From contig OY740805.1 of the NCBI GenBank assembly GCA_963514005.1, positions 42,098,001-42,162,000 on the forward strand: a DNA stretch of 64,000 nucleotides. The letters run 5' to 3'. Positions 11,394 to 22,745 of the stretch are shown here, piece after piece. The notes under the pieces are model-generated. The model searched no databases. It was given only the letters and a program-made list of their open reading frames with translations, and had not been told where the DNA came from. How positions within the stretch are numbered: position 1 is the first letter of the stretch; the number at the start of each line of letters is the position of its first letter. The position numbers and the translations under genes are program-made. The DNA comes from Raja brachyura (taxonomy: Eukaryota).

Positions 11394-11657
11394 CTGTCGA
11401 CTGCAAATGCGAGCAACCATATGTCGCGCATGCGTGCTGGCGGGGTCTTCACGAAGTCAATCACGTGACTCGGATGTAAAATATACCCAAACAGAAATGT
11501 GCAACAGTTGTCGTTTGTCCACGCTCTCCGTCAGTGTAAGCTTCTGCTAATCTATCAACCATTCCTCTCACCCTGTCTTGCTTCCACTGGTTCCGTTTGC
11601 CTGTGTTTGCCCCATATCCCGCTAAACATTTCCAATCCATGTGTCTGTCCAAATATA

Positions 11658-11814
11658 TGTGTTAAAGAAGGAACTGCAGATGCTGGAAAATCGAGGGTAC
11701 ACAAAATGCAGGAGAAACTCAGCGGGTGCAGCAGCATCTATGGAGCCAAGGAAATAGGCAATGTTTCGGCCCGAAGCGTTGCCTATCTCCTTCGCTCCAG
11801 CATTTTGTGTGTCC
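11658..11814. mobile_element. Short fold-back Penelope-derived element
   Basis: Matches the Penelope 3' repeat, folds back around tttcggcccgaa; exact 14-bp TSD tctgtccaaatata at 11644-11657 and 11815-11828. Confidence 0.85.
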
Positions 11815-12047
11815 TCTGTCCAAATATAGTTTACATGTTGTTATAGTACCCGCTTCAACGATCTCCCCCGGCAGTTAGTTCCATACACCCGCCACCCTCT
11901 GTGTGGAAAAGTTGGCACAGGTTTCCACGAAATCTTTAAATTAAAACAGCAGATTCAGGACAGGGAGCTGTGGCTCTGAGGGGGCGCTCAGCCTTTCCAC
12001 TTCAACCAATCGAATGACAAATGCAAGCAGATGGAATATGACAGAGA

Positions 12048-12186
12048 GGTGTGTTATAGTGTGTGTATATAGTTATGTGTGTTGTGTGGATATGTGTGTG
12101 TATATATAGTTATGTGTGTGTATATAGTCATGTGTGCTGTATGTGTGTATATATATCCGTGTGTGTGTATATATGTGTGTGTGTGT
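12048..12186. repeat. (TG/TA)n microsatellite, continuing at 13630-13715 on the other side of the hAT insertion
   Basis: Visible dinucleotide repeat. Confidence 0.9.
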
Positions 12187-13629
12187 CAGGCACGTGCGGT
12201 GAGTAATTAGTCAGGGTAAGCACTCAGTACGCTTAAAAAAATTAAACCGCGCATGCGCAGTTTGTTCTCTCCGTTAAATACATTTAAAAATAAAATCAGT
12301 GACAATTCAATTTGCCGAAGGCTTCCTCGTCTCCTTTATTCTGAATTACTGAATTGGGGGGGGGGGGGGGGGGGGAAGGGGGGGGGAGGGTGAATGGTAA
12401 GGGCAGATGGAAAGATGGAGAGATGGTGGGAAAAGCGGGAGCACAGGGATTAGTTAAATCAGTTGTCATCTTATTGAATGACAACACTTGTTGAAGGGAC
12501 CAATTGGGGGAACATTTCCTTTCACAGCGTGTGAAGAGCCTGTGCCAGTGGTAAAGTTGTGGGGAGGGCACGAGTGTTGAGAAGGAGGGTGTCAGGGATA
12601 CTGCCAGTAACTCACTCACAACTATCGCAGCTCTCCGGGCGCAAAGCCACGCACTGTAGCTGGGGATAGAAGCAGCTCGGGGAGCTACGAGCAGACACCG
12701 GGACCCAACAGCAGAACTGGCCGCAACTTCAGTGCCTTCTGCCGGCCCGCTCACCTTTGGCAGTGCTCTCCGTCGGAACACCTGTCACCTGCTGTTCGCC
12801 GACTTCGCTCATGTCAGCGGTGTCCTGCAAATCCTTAAATTCCCACAGCCGAGTAACCTCAAACGCGCTGTTGGAATTTAAGGACATGAGTGAGGCCAGC
12901 AAGCGGCAGGAGAGAGGTTTTTAGACGGAAAACTGCCAGAGGTGAGCGGGGACCGGCAGAAGGAGCTAAGGTGGCGGCCGGCCGCTCAGCCACCCAAGCT
13001 ACTTCTCTCCCCCCCCCCCCCCCCCCGGCCTCAATGCGGTGGAATTCCACGCCTCCTTGCAAGGAGCGTCGCAAGTGGCAGTTTCCCGATCCCCTCCTTC
13101 ATAACATTCATGCCCTCCCCGCAACTTTACCCCGGGCCAGACTCCTCAAACGCTTGGAAAGGAGGTCTCCCCCCACCCCCCGGGAAATACGATATTTAAA
13201 AACATTACCAATATATGTACTTACCACATCATTGGTACACTAGCTCCATTCTTCTCTCGCTGTTTCCTAACATACACTTAAAATATTGACAAACCATATT
13301 TGAAAACCCCGCCAAGAAACTAGCGCTGCGCATGCGCAGTAGGATGATGCGCGTGCGCAGTGTTACAAAGGCAAAATTTCTGCTGCCTTCAGCCCCGCTT
13401 GAAACTGACGGCTTCAGGCAGCGCTCACGGCACGTGGGCTGCACAGACCTTCCCGTGCTACAAGCGCTGTGGATGAAAGGCACGGAGAATTATGCCTATG
13501 TAAGTGATCGGTCTCTTACATAGGCATAATTCTCCCATGCCTTCACTATTTATATTTAGTAATGACTATATTATAATTTTAGTCAGGGTAGGCAGTGCCT
13601 ACCTTGCCTACCCTGACGGCACGTGGCTG
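12187..13629. mobile_element. Non-autonomous hAT-type DNA transposon, copy 1
   Basis: TIRs caggcacgtgcggt / acggcacgtggctg, 8-bp flanks gtgtgtgt (weak on its own because it lies in a microsatellite), homologous to 44830-46645, no transposase ORF. Confidence 0.85.
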
Positions 13630-14021
13630 GTGTGTGTGTATTTGTGAATGTGTGTGTATCTGTGTGTGTACATGTGTATATATATGTATATGTATGTGTA
13701 TACATGTATGTGTGCGTTCCCCGGGGAGGGGGACCAGTGGCTGAGGATACAGCCACGGATGGAAGCTGGCAGAGAGCACGGTTGCAGAGTGGAGGATGCA
13801 GCTTCACCTCGCTGTTGTTCCCGGCTGGAGTTACCATCAGTGTCTGGAATCTGCCCTCACCCTGTCTGCAGTCAACCCCAGCTAAAGCTTTTTGTTTCAT
13901 CTTCAGAGTCTGAGGATCGATTTCACACCAAAGTGAAACACAGCTGTGATGGCCATTCACTGGAACACTGACAACCAAGCGTTGAGTAGATTTACCCAAC
14001 TTTGGTAATGTTTACTTTTCT

Positions 14022-14304
14022 TTAGTTCAGAGATACAGCATGGAAACAGGCTCTCCGGCCCACCGAGTCCACGCCGACCATCGGTCGCCCGTTCACACAT
14101 GCACAATGTCACTCCACGTTCTCATCCACTCCCTACACACGAGGGGCAAATTACAGAAGGCCAATTAACCTACAAACCTGTACCTCTGTGGGAGGAAACC
14201 GGAGCACCCGGAGGAAACCCACACTGTCACGGACAGAACGTACAAGCTCCGCCCAAACAGCACCTGTAGTCAGGATCGGACCCGGGTCTCTGGCGCTGTG
14301 AGGC
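14022..14304 (-). mobile_element. tRNA-derived SINE (HE1/V-SINE-like)
   Basis: B-box-like gggtccgatcc head, V-domain-like gggtttcctccgggtgctccggtttcctccca, CR1-like tail; relatives at about 32870-33155, 40200-40432, 40577-40740, 53480-53565, 58525-58815. Confidence 0.7.
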
Positions 14305-14655
14305 ACCTTCTTCTCCCCGCTCCCGTCCGGCAGAAGGTACAGAAGCTTGAAAGTGAGCACCACCAGACTCAGGAACAGCTACTTCCCCTCTGTCATCAGG
14401 ATTCTGAACTGTCCTTCCATAAGCTAGGATACTGTCCGATCCACCTCTACCCCATTGCGGACATTGGACTTTGTCTGGAACTGATGTACTACAATGCTGA
14501 GAACTATATTCTGCACTCTGTATCTTCCCCTTTGCTCTACCTGTTGTACTTGAGTTTGGCCTGATTGCATCTATGTACGGTAGAACGGATCTGTTATGGA
14601 CAGCAAGCAAAACAAGGCTTTTCACTGTACCTCAGTACAGGTGACTTCAATAAAA
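14305..14655 (+). mobile_element. Rex1/Babar-like LINE 3' fragment
   Basis: LPSGRRYRSL..TTRLRNSYFP-type C-terminal motif and aataaa end. Confidence 0.6.
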
Positions 14656-14874
14656 ACAATCATAAACACAAACCTGCACATTTCATGCGCAAACACGTCT
14701 AACCGCAAGTCTCTGTGCGTTTATAAAGCTTTGCGTAAGGTTTCCAAAACAAAATACATGTTCTGTACAGCCCCATTTATTTCTAGCACAGACATTCATT
14801 GGTGAAAATTACAAAAAACAATTTGAAGTATTCCCCGTTATACAGTTCATTTGTCGATGTCATGTCGACCTTAT

Positions 14875-15556
14875 ACAGAGAAGTGTCAGGTGTTGCATTT
14901 TGGGACGTGGAACAAGGCCAGGACCTTGACAGTAAATGGTGGGACTCTGGGTAGTGTTGTAGAGCAGAGGGATATAGGAGTACAGGTGCATGGTTCCTTG
15001 AAGGTCGAGTCGCAGGTAGATAAGGTGGTCAACAAGGTGTTTGGCACTTTGGCCTTCATCAGTCAGAGTACTGAGTGTAGAAGTTGGGAGGTCATGATGC
15101 AGTTGTATAAGACGTTGATGAGACCACATTTAGAATATTGTGTTCAGTTCCGGGCACCATGTTATAGGAAAGATACTGTCAAGCTTGAAAGGATTCAGAA
15201 AAGATTTACGAGGATGTTGCCAGGGCTAGAGTGTGTGAGCTATAGGGAGAGGTTGAGTAGGCTGGGTCTCTATTCTGTGGAGTGTAGGAGGATGAGATGT
15301 GGTCTTATAGAGATGTACAAAATCACGAGAGGAATAGATCTGGCAGATACACAGAGTCTCTTGCTCAGAGTAGGGGAATCGAGAACCAGAGGACATAGGT
15401 TCATGGTGAAGGGGAAAAGATTTAACAGGAATCCGAGGGGTAACTTTTCACACAGAGGGTGGTGGGTGTATGGAACAAGCTGCCAGAGGAGGTAGTTGAG
15501 GCTGGCACTATCCCATCGTTTAAGAAACAGTTGGACAGGTAGATGGATAGGACAGG
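14875..15556 (+). mobile_element. CR1 LINE ORF2 3' fragment
   Basis: ORF 14851..15495 (KCQVLHFG, RPHLEYCVQF, LERIQKRFTRM, RTRGH). Confidence 0.9.
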
Positions 15557-15576
15557 TTTGACCTGTATCATCCTCT

Positions 15577-15835
15577 GGGGTCAGTTTGACCTGTATCATC
15601 CTCTTGACAGACTCTGCGGCGACTCCCAGACTCCACAATCGAATCTCCGCCACCTCCACCTCCCAATAATGTCTCCCCGATGTGAATCCCTCCAATCCCA
15701 GCACACACGGCCAGTGTGTAAACCTCTTCCTGGTGTCAGGGAGACTCCTCCGGGTCCCGGTCAGCCTCACCCTCTTCCGATCCTCAGACACCTCGAGCCG
15801 CGGACCCGCTGTTTCCACATCCAGGGTGACGGAGA
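15577..15835 (-). pseudogene. Truncated B30.2 (PRY-SPRY) exon, duplicated copy
   Basis: Acceptor cttctcccccag, [42 protein letters not shown]; the SPRY C-terminal half is missing and CR1 abuts the break. Confidence 0.88.
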
Positions 15836-16449
15836 CTGGGGGGAGAAGCAGAGAATCAGAGAGTTCCCGGGGGTCGGGGGGAGACTCGGGCAGCGCGGCC
15901 CCGGGACCGGGGGGAGAGGCCGCTCGGCCTCGGGCACAGGCGGGCGGACAACTGGACGATATCCCGGCTGTTTTCCAGCCCACCAACATCCCATGGACAA
16001 AAACATGTTCCCCGGAGTTTCCTAACTGTGGTGGAAGTGGAGGGGAACCGAGTTAACGGTGAGAAATAAAAACAAACAGCTGGAGGAAGTCCGCGGGTCA
16101 GGCAACACGTGTGTGAGGAAATGACAGAACACGTCTTGGGTCTGGACACTTCTTCATTCTCATGCTTCCCTCTGCTCCCTCCGTAGAAAGAGACAGGGGA
16201 AGGGGTGCAGCAAAATACTTTATTGTTTATCTATGAGTGTGTGTTAGAGTGTGAATGTGTGTTAGTGTGAGAGAGTGTGTGTGGGTGTATGAGTGTGAGT
16301 GAGTGTGAGTGTGCCTGTCTGTGTGTGTGTCACTGTGTGCGTGTTAGTGCGTGTTTTAGTGTATGTGTTAGTGTGTGCCTGTCTGTGTGTACATACACAC
16401 ACACGTACATATATTTACCGGGCAAATCTGGTAATGCTGGCTCAGTGTG

Positions 16450-17450
16450 TGTGGTATTGTGGATAGTGAAGATGGTTGTCAAAAATTGCAGCAGGATCTT
16501 GATCGGTTGGGCAGATGGGCTGAGGAATGGTTGATGGTATTTAATACAGGATTCAATACAAACTTAATGTAGGAGTGCAGTAACATAGTTCCTTGAAAGT
16601 GGCGTCACAGGTAGATAGTGTGCTCATAAAGCGTTTCAGCACATTGGCCTTCATCAGTCACAGTATTGAGTATAGAAGTTGGGAGGTCACGTTACGGATA
16701 TATAAGACGTTGGTGAAGCCACATTTGGAGAGTTGTGTTCAGTTCTGGGCACCATGTTATAGGAAATATGTTGTCAAGCTGTAAAGGGTACAGATAAGAT
16801 CTATGAGGATGTTGCCAGGACTCGAGGGCCTGAGCTATCGAGAGAGGATGAGCAGGCTAGGACTTTACTCCTCGTAGTGCAGGAGGATGAGGGGTGATCC
16901 TATAGAGGTGTACAGTATCGTGAGAGGAATAGATCGGGTAAACGCACAGAGTCTCGTCCCCAGAGTAGGGGAATTAACAATCATAGATTTAAATAAAGGG
17001 GGGGGGGGGGGAGTAGAGTTAACAGGAACCTGCGAGGGAACTCTTTTACACAAAGGGTGATGGGATTATGGAACGAGCTGTCGGAAGAGGTAGTTGAGGC
17101 AGAAGTGGATACAATTATGACAGGCATAGAACGCGTGGACAGTCAGAATCTTTTTCCCAGGGTGCAAATAATCAAAGACTCGAGGACATAGCTTTAAGGT
17201 GAGAGAGGCAAAGGTTAAAGGATTTGTGCGGGACAAGTGTTTTTCCCAGTGTGGGGAGCACCTGGAATGTGCTGCCAGGGTGGTGGTGGAGGCAGATACG
17301 ATAGTGGCATTTTAGATAGACACCTGGATATACAGGGAATGGAGGGATATGGATTATGTGCAGGCAGATAAGAGCTGGTCTTCGCACCATGTTCTGCACA
17401 GACATTGAGGGCCGAATGGCCTGTTCTTGTGCTGTCCTGTTCTACGTTAT
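16450..17450 (+). mobile_element. Old CR1 3' fragments (duplicated at about 22880-24070)
   Basis: CR1 RT C-terminal peptides (ORF 16593..16784 and 23240..23431). Confidence 0.8.
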
Positions 17451-17534
17451 GTTGAACGAATTCATGATCTGCGCTATAGCCGACATAACACACACCATAT
17501 GGTTTTATTGAATTGTACATCAGCCTGTACTTAC

Positions 17535-17561
17535 CATAATATCATTGCACATCCTCGTGCC
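17535..17561 (-). other. Putative 27-nt cytoplasmic micro-exon (duplicate of 24159-24185)
   Basis: tttgtgcag|27 nt|gtaagt; contains TGA in the phase-1 frame. Confidence 0.55.
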
Positions 17562-17699
17562 CTGCACAAAACAGAAATATTTCACATTTTCACTGCAACT
17601 AAAATTGGAAATAAAATAATGACAGCGGGAGCAAGAAACAAAGAGAGGGGGGCACAGTGACACAGCTCTTCACAGCTCCAGGGACCTGGGTTCAATCCT

Positions 17700-20600
17700 G
17701 AATTTGAACAGCTAGATACCAAATTGTACAGCAGAACCAAGAAGGTAATAATCTCTGGATTGCTACTTGAGCCGAGAGCAAATTGGCATAGAGTTAACTT
17801 TCCGTAACAGGACGGAAAGTTAAAGAAGGGATAAGAGAGTAAGGTCAGGTAAAATCAGAACTGGTGTGAGAGGAGGGGAGGTGAATACAGAATTAAAGGT
17901 GTTGTATTTGAATGTGTGCAGTAGAAGAAATAAAGTGGATGAGCTTGTAGCACAGTTACAGGTTGGTGGGCATGATGTTGTGGGAATGACAGAGATGTGG
18001 CTGCAAGAGGATCGGAGCTGGGAGCTGAATATTCAGGGTTATACATCCTATCGGAAAGACAGACAGGTGGGCAGAGCGGGTGAGGCAGCTCTGTTGGTAA
18101 GGAATGAAATTCAGTCCCTTGCGAGGGGTGGCATGGGATCAGTAGGTGTGGAGTCATTGTGGATAGAGCTGAGAAATTATGCAGGTAAAAAGTTTCTAAT
18201 GAGAGTTCTCTACTGGTCCCCAAACAGTAACCAGGATATAGGGTATAAGTTACATCAGAATATACAATTGGCATGTAAGAAAGGCATTACTACGGTGGTG
18301 ATGGGAGATTTCAATATGCAACAAGGTTGGTACTGGACCCCAAGAATAGGAATTTCTGGAATGTTTCCGAGATGGATTCTTAGAGCAGCTTGTGGTGGAG
18401 CCCACCAGCAAAAAATGAAACTCTGGATTTAGTGTTGTGTAATGAACCGGATTTGACAAGGGAACTCGAGGTACAGGAACTACTAGGAGGTAGCGACCAC
18501 AATATGATAAGTTTCAACCTGCAATTTGAGAGGGAGAAGGTGAAATCAGATGTGTCGGTATTGCAGTTGAGCAAAGGGGACTATGGAGGCATGAGGGAGG
18601 AGCTGGCCAAAGTTGACTGGAAAGGGACCCTAGCAGGACTGAAAGTGGAACAGCAATGGCAGGAATTTCTGGGAATAATTTGGAAGATGCAGGATCTTTT
18701 CATTCCAAAGAAGAAGAAAGATTCCAGGTCGAGAATGAGGCGACCGTGGCTGACAAGGGAAGTCAAAGACTGTATAAAACTAAAAGAGAAGGCGTATAAC
18801 ATTGGAAAGATTAGTGGGAAGCCAGAGGATTGGGAAGCTTTTGAAGAACAACAGAAGGTAACTAAAAAGGCAATACGATGAGGAAAGATGAAATATGAAG
18901 GTTAGCTAGCTGGAAATATCAAAAGGATAGCAAGAGTTTCTTCAGTTATACAAACAGTGAGAAAGATGTAAGAGTGTATGTTGGACAGCTGGAAAACGAT
19001 GCAGGAGACGTGATAATGGAGAATAAAGAAATGGAAGAGGAGTTGATGAAATTTTTTGCAACAGTCTTCACAGTGGAAGCCACCAGCAACGTGCCTGAAA
19101 TGCAAGAGAGTCAGGGGGTGGAAGTTAGTGGAGTGGCTGTTACTAAGGAGAAGGTGCTGGGAAGCTGAAAGGGCTGAAGGTGGATAAGTCACCTGGACTG
19201 GATAGACTGTACCCCAGGGTTCTGCACGAGGTGGCTTTAGAGATTGTGGATGCATTAATACATAGATAGATACATAGCATCTGTGATATTTCAAGAATCA
19301 CTAGAGTTAGGAGTGGTTCCAGATGATTGGAAATTTGCCAATATTACCCCGCTGCACAAGAAGGGAGCAAAGCAGAATATTGGGAATTATAGGCCGGTTA
19401 GTCTGTCTTCGATGGTTGGTAAGATTTTAGAGTCCATTATAAGGGCTGGGCCTACGGAGAACGTGCTTCATGATAAAATAGGTCAAAGTCAGCATGGTTT
19501 TGTGAAGGGGAGGTCTTGCCTGAGGAATCTGCAGGAATACTTTGCAGAAGTAAACAGCAGGACAGACAAAGGAGATTTACTGGATGCTGTTTATCTAGGT
19601 TTTCAGAAAGCCTTTGATAAGGTGCCACACGTGAGGCTGCTCAGGAAGATGAGAGCCCATGGTATCAAAGGGCAGATACCAGCATGGATAGCAGGTTGGC
19701 TGGATGGCAGAAGGCAAAGAGTGGCAATAAAGGGGGTTATTCGGGTTGGCTGCCAGTGACTAGCGGAGTTCTGTGGGGGTTGGTGCTGGGGCCGCTACTC
19801 TTCACGTTTTATATTACTGATTTGGATGAGGGAATAGAAGGCTTTGTGGCTAAGTTTGCAGATGACACGAAAATAGGTGGAGGGGCAGGAAGTGTAGAGA
19901 AAGCAGGGACGCTACATAAGGACTTGGACAGGTTGGGAGAGTGGGCAGAGAAGTAGCAAATGGAATGTAGTGTAGCAAAGTGTGGAGTCGTGCATTTTGG
20001 TGGCTGCAATAAAGACATAGACTATTTTCTAAATGGGGAGAGAATCCAGAAATCAGAGGTGCAAAGCGATTTGGGAATGCTGGTGCAGGATTCCCTCAAA
20101 GTTACTCTGCAAGTTAAAAGTAAAGTGGATAGGTATATGGACGAGAAGGGAATGGAGGGGTATGGTCTGAGTGCAGGTAGATGGGACTAAGGGAAAATAA
20201 ATGGTCGCCACGGACTGGAAGGGCCGAGAAGGCCTGTTTCCGTGCTGTAATTGTTATATGGTTATATGGTTATAAGTCCAAACGGTAGTAAAGAAAGCAA
20301 ACTCAATGCTAGCATTTATTTCAAGAGGGCTAGAATACAAAATTAGGGATGTAATGCTGAGGATCTATAAGGTACTGGTCTGGCCGTTTTTGGAGTATTG
20401 TGAGCAATGTTGCGCCCTGTATCCGGGGAAGGATGTGCTGGCTCTGGGATGGTCCAGATGAATTTACAAGAATGATTCCAAGAATGAGTGGTTTAACATA
20501 CGATGAGCATTTGTCAGCACTGGGCTTGTACTCGCTGGAGTTTAGATGAATGCTATTAAATAGCAAATAGCCTTGGATAGAGTGGATGTGGAGAGGATGT

Positions 20601-20910
20601 TTCCACTAGTGGGAGAGTCGAGGACTAGAGGTCATAGCCTCAGAATTAAAGGACGTTCCTTTATGAAGGAGATGAGGAGGAATTTGAGGAGCAGATAGAG
20701 GGTGGTGAATCTGTGGAATTACTTGCCACAGACGGCGGTGGAGGTGAAGTCAATTGATATTTCTAAGGCAGAGATAGTTAGGTTCTTGATTAGTACTGGT
20801 ATCAGGGGTGATGAGGAGAAGGCGGGAGAATGGGGAGAGATACATCAACCATGATTGAATGGCCAAGTAGATTTGTTGGGCCGAATGGCCTAATTCTGAC
20901 CCTATCACCA
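17700..20910 (+). mobile_element. CR1 LINE ORF2 (endonuclease + RT), degenerate, with nested CR1 tail
   Basis: MGDFN, SDHNMI, NYRPVSL, QHGF, KAFDKV, KFADDTK motifs across broken frames. Confidence 0.9.
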
Positions 20911-21049
20911 AATAGCATGTGACCTTTAGACCTGACCTTGGAGACTTGTGGGGTGCACATATTCCCTGTGAGTCTGTAGGTTTCATGTGGGTGCTGTGCC
21001 CCCCCCCCTCCACGCCCCACATCCCAAAGACCGGAAGTTTGCTTATCTT

Positions 21050-21582
21050 TTACTCACCCGGAACAGAACCGGAGCAGATTCTCATCCACTTGTCTTCATC
21101 CCAAGGCCAGAAGAAAGGATAAAGTTTCTCCGTGAATGTGTTCCCAGTGAAGGTGTGGAGATGGGACTTGGTGTCCGCGTCGTAAAATGCAACTGTCCCG
21201 GACTCGTAACTGAGATAAACTCCCACCCTCCCGGGGATGGGACGGGCGGGGAGAGGGGATGGAGGGGAGGTGAGTGCATCAAACCCGTCATCCCGCCGCC
21301 TGATGCTCCAGACTCCAGTCTTCGGCCTCAGTGTGACCCGTCCATTCCTCTCCACAGACTCTGCGGCGACTCCCAGCCTCCAGCGCCGACTCCCCGCCAC
21401 CTCCACCTCCCAGTAATGTCGCCCCGATGTGAATCCCTCCGATCCCAGCACACACGGCCAGTATGTAAACCTCTTCCCGGTGTCAGGGAGACTCCTCTCG
21501 GTCAGGGTCCGTCTCACCCTCTTCCGATCCTCAGACACCTGGAGCCGCGCATGCGCTGTTTCCACATCCAGGGTGACGGAGA
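21050..21582 (-). CDS. Intact terminal B30.2/PRY-SPRY exon (phase 1) of a butyrophilin-like gene
   Basis: Acceptor AG 21584-21583; open 177-codon frame [44 protein letters not shown] ending TAA at 21050; a TRIM origin is not excluded by the domain alone. Confidence 0.9.
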
Positions 21583-21671
21583 CTGGGGGGAGAAGCAGAG
21601 AATCACAGAGTCCCCGGGGGTCGGGGGGAGACTCGGGCACAGGCGGGCGGACAACTGACACCTTGCCCGGG

Positions 21672-22220
21672 GTTTGTCCAAATCTGAGGAAGGACATTAT
21701 TGCCATAGAGGGAGTGCAGCGAAGGTTCACCAGACTGATTCCTGGGATGTCAGGACTGTCTTATGAACAAAGACTGCATAGACTTGGTTTATACTCTCTA
21801 GAATTTAGGAGATTGAGAGGGGATCTTATAGAAACTTACAAGATTCTTAAGGGGTTGGACAGGCTAGATGCAGGAAGATTGTTCCCGATGTTGGGGAGGT
21901 CCAGGACAAGGGGTCACAGCTTAAGGATAAGGGGGAAATCCTTTAGGACCGAGATGAGAAGGAATTTTTTCACACAGAGAGTGGTGTGTCTCTGGAACTC
22001 TCTGCCACAGAGGGTAGTTGAGGCCAGTTCATTGGCTATATTTAAGAGGGAGTTAGATGTGGCCCTTGTGGCTAAGGGGATCAGAGGGTATGGAGAGAAG
22101 GCAGGTACGGGATACTGAGTTGGATGATCAGCCATGATCATATTGAATGGCGGTGCAGGCTCGAAGGGCCGAATGGCCTACTCCTGCACCTAATTTCTAT
22201 GTTTCTATGTTTCTATGTTT
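21672..22220 (+). mobile_element. Young CR1 3' end with (TTTCTATG)n tail
   Basis: ORF tail LGLYSLEFRRLRGDLIETYK; near identical to 50620-51150; absent from the duplicated intron at about 15960. Confidence 0.9.
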
Positions 22221-22494
22221 CACCACAACAACATCGGGTGGACAACACACATCTGTCACGGAGTTTTTGTCACGCTTCCTCATTCGCATGCTTCCCTCTG
22301 CTCCCTCCGCAGAAAGAGACGGGAAGGGGTGCAGCAAAATACTTTACTCTGTTTGTCTGTTAGTGTGTGTGTGTGCATGAGAATGCCTCTCTGTTTTCCT
22401 GTCTGTGTACATACATACACACGTACACATATTCACCGGGCAAAACTGATAATGCTCTGTCAGTGCGTGCATAAATTGAGCGGCATCTGTGCAG

Positions 22495-22745
22495 AGGTGA
22501 GGGGTTTGAGCAAGACAAGTGGGTTCAGGTGAGGGGGTGGAGCAAGACAAGTGGGTTCAGGTGAGGGGGTGGAGCAAGACAAGTGGGTTCAGGTGAGGGG
22601 GTGGAGCAAGACAGGTGGGTTCAGGTGAGGGTGGGAGGGTGGAGCAAGACAGGTGGGTTCAGGTGAGGCGGGGAGGTGGAGTAACTCAGGTGGGGGGGGT
22701 GGGGGGTGGGGGGTGGGGAGCAACACACGTGGTTCAGGTGAGGCG
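22495..22745. repeat. 32-bp minisatellite aggtgagggggtggagcaagacaagtgggttc
   Basis: 4-5 good copies then decayed copies. Confidence 0.88.

Larger units (their letters stand above)
591..11485 (-). mobile_element. Degenerate DIRS1-like retrotransposon (5' region, gag-like ORF1, RT), host to 3 nested insertions; RNase H/recombinase end missing
   Basis: RT frames 593..1171 and 1078..1380 (IDLKDAYY, ALPNGLTTAPRLFTK, AYLGD, YLGF), GGRLRAFWDAW upstream of RT, gag-like pieces 1680..2018 and 3357..3740. ORF1 reads through both Penelope TSDs (QEQGSM / QGSIDPDF; LCNTQFE / QFEIN). The 5' terminus near 11460-11485 is inferred. Confidence 0.85.

Noticed and set aside
14022-14304. tRNA genes
   Set aside because: The tRNA-like boxes belong to SINE heads; no complete cloverleaf is seen
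15270-15989. 239-aa B30.2 ORF as a single-exon gene
   Set aside because: Chimera of intron, half a B30.2 exon and antisense CR1
22435-22490. Possible further cytoplasmic exon upstream of B30.2
   Set aside because: AG/GT-bounded 50 nt does not keep phase, and homology to gene C is unclear
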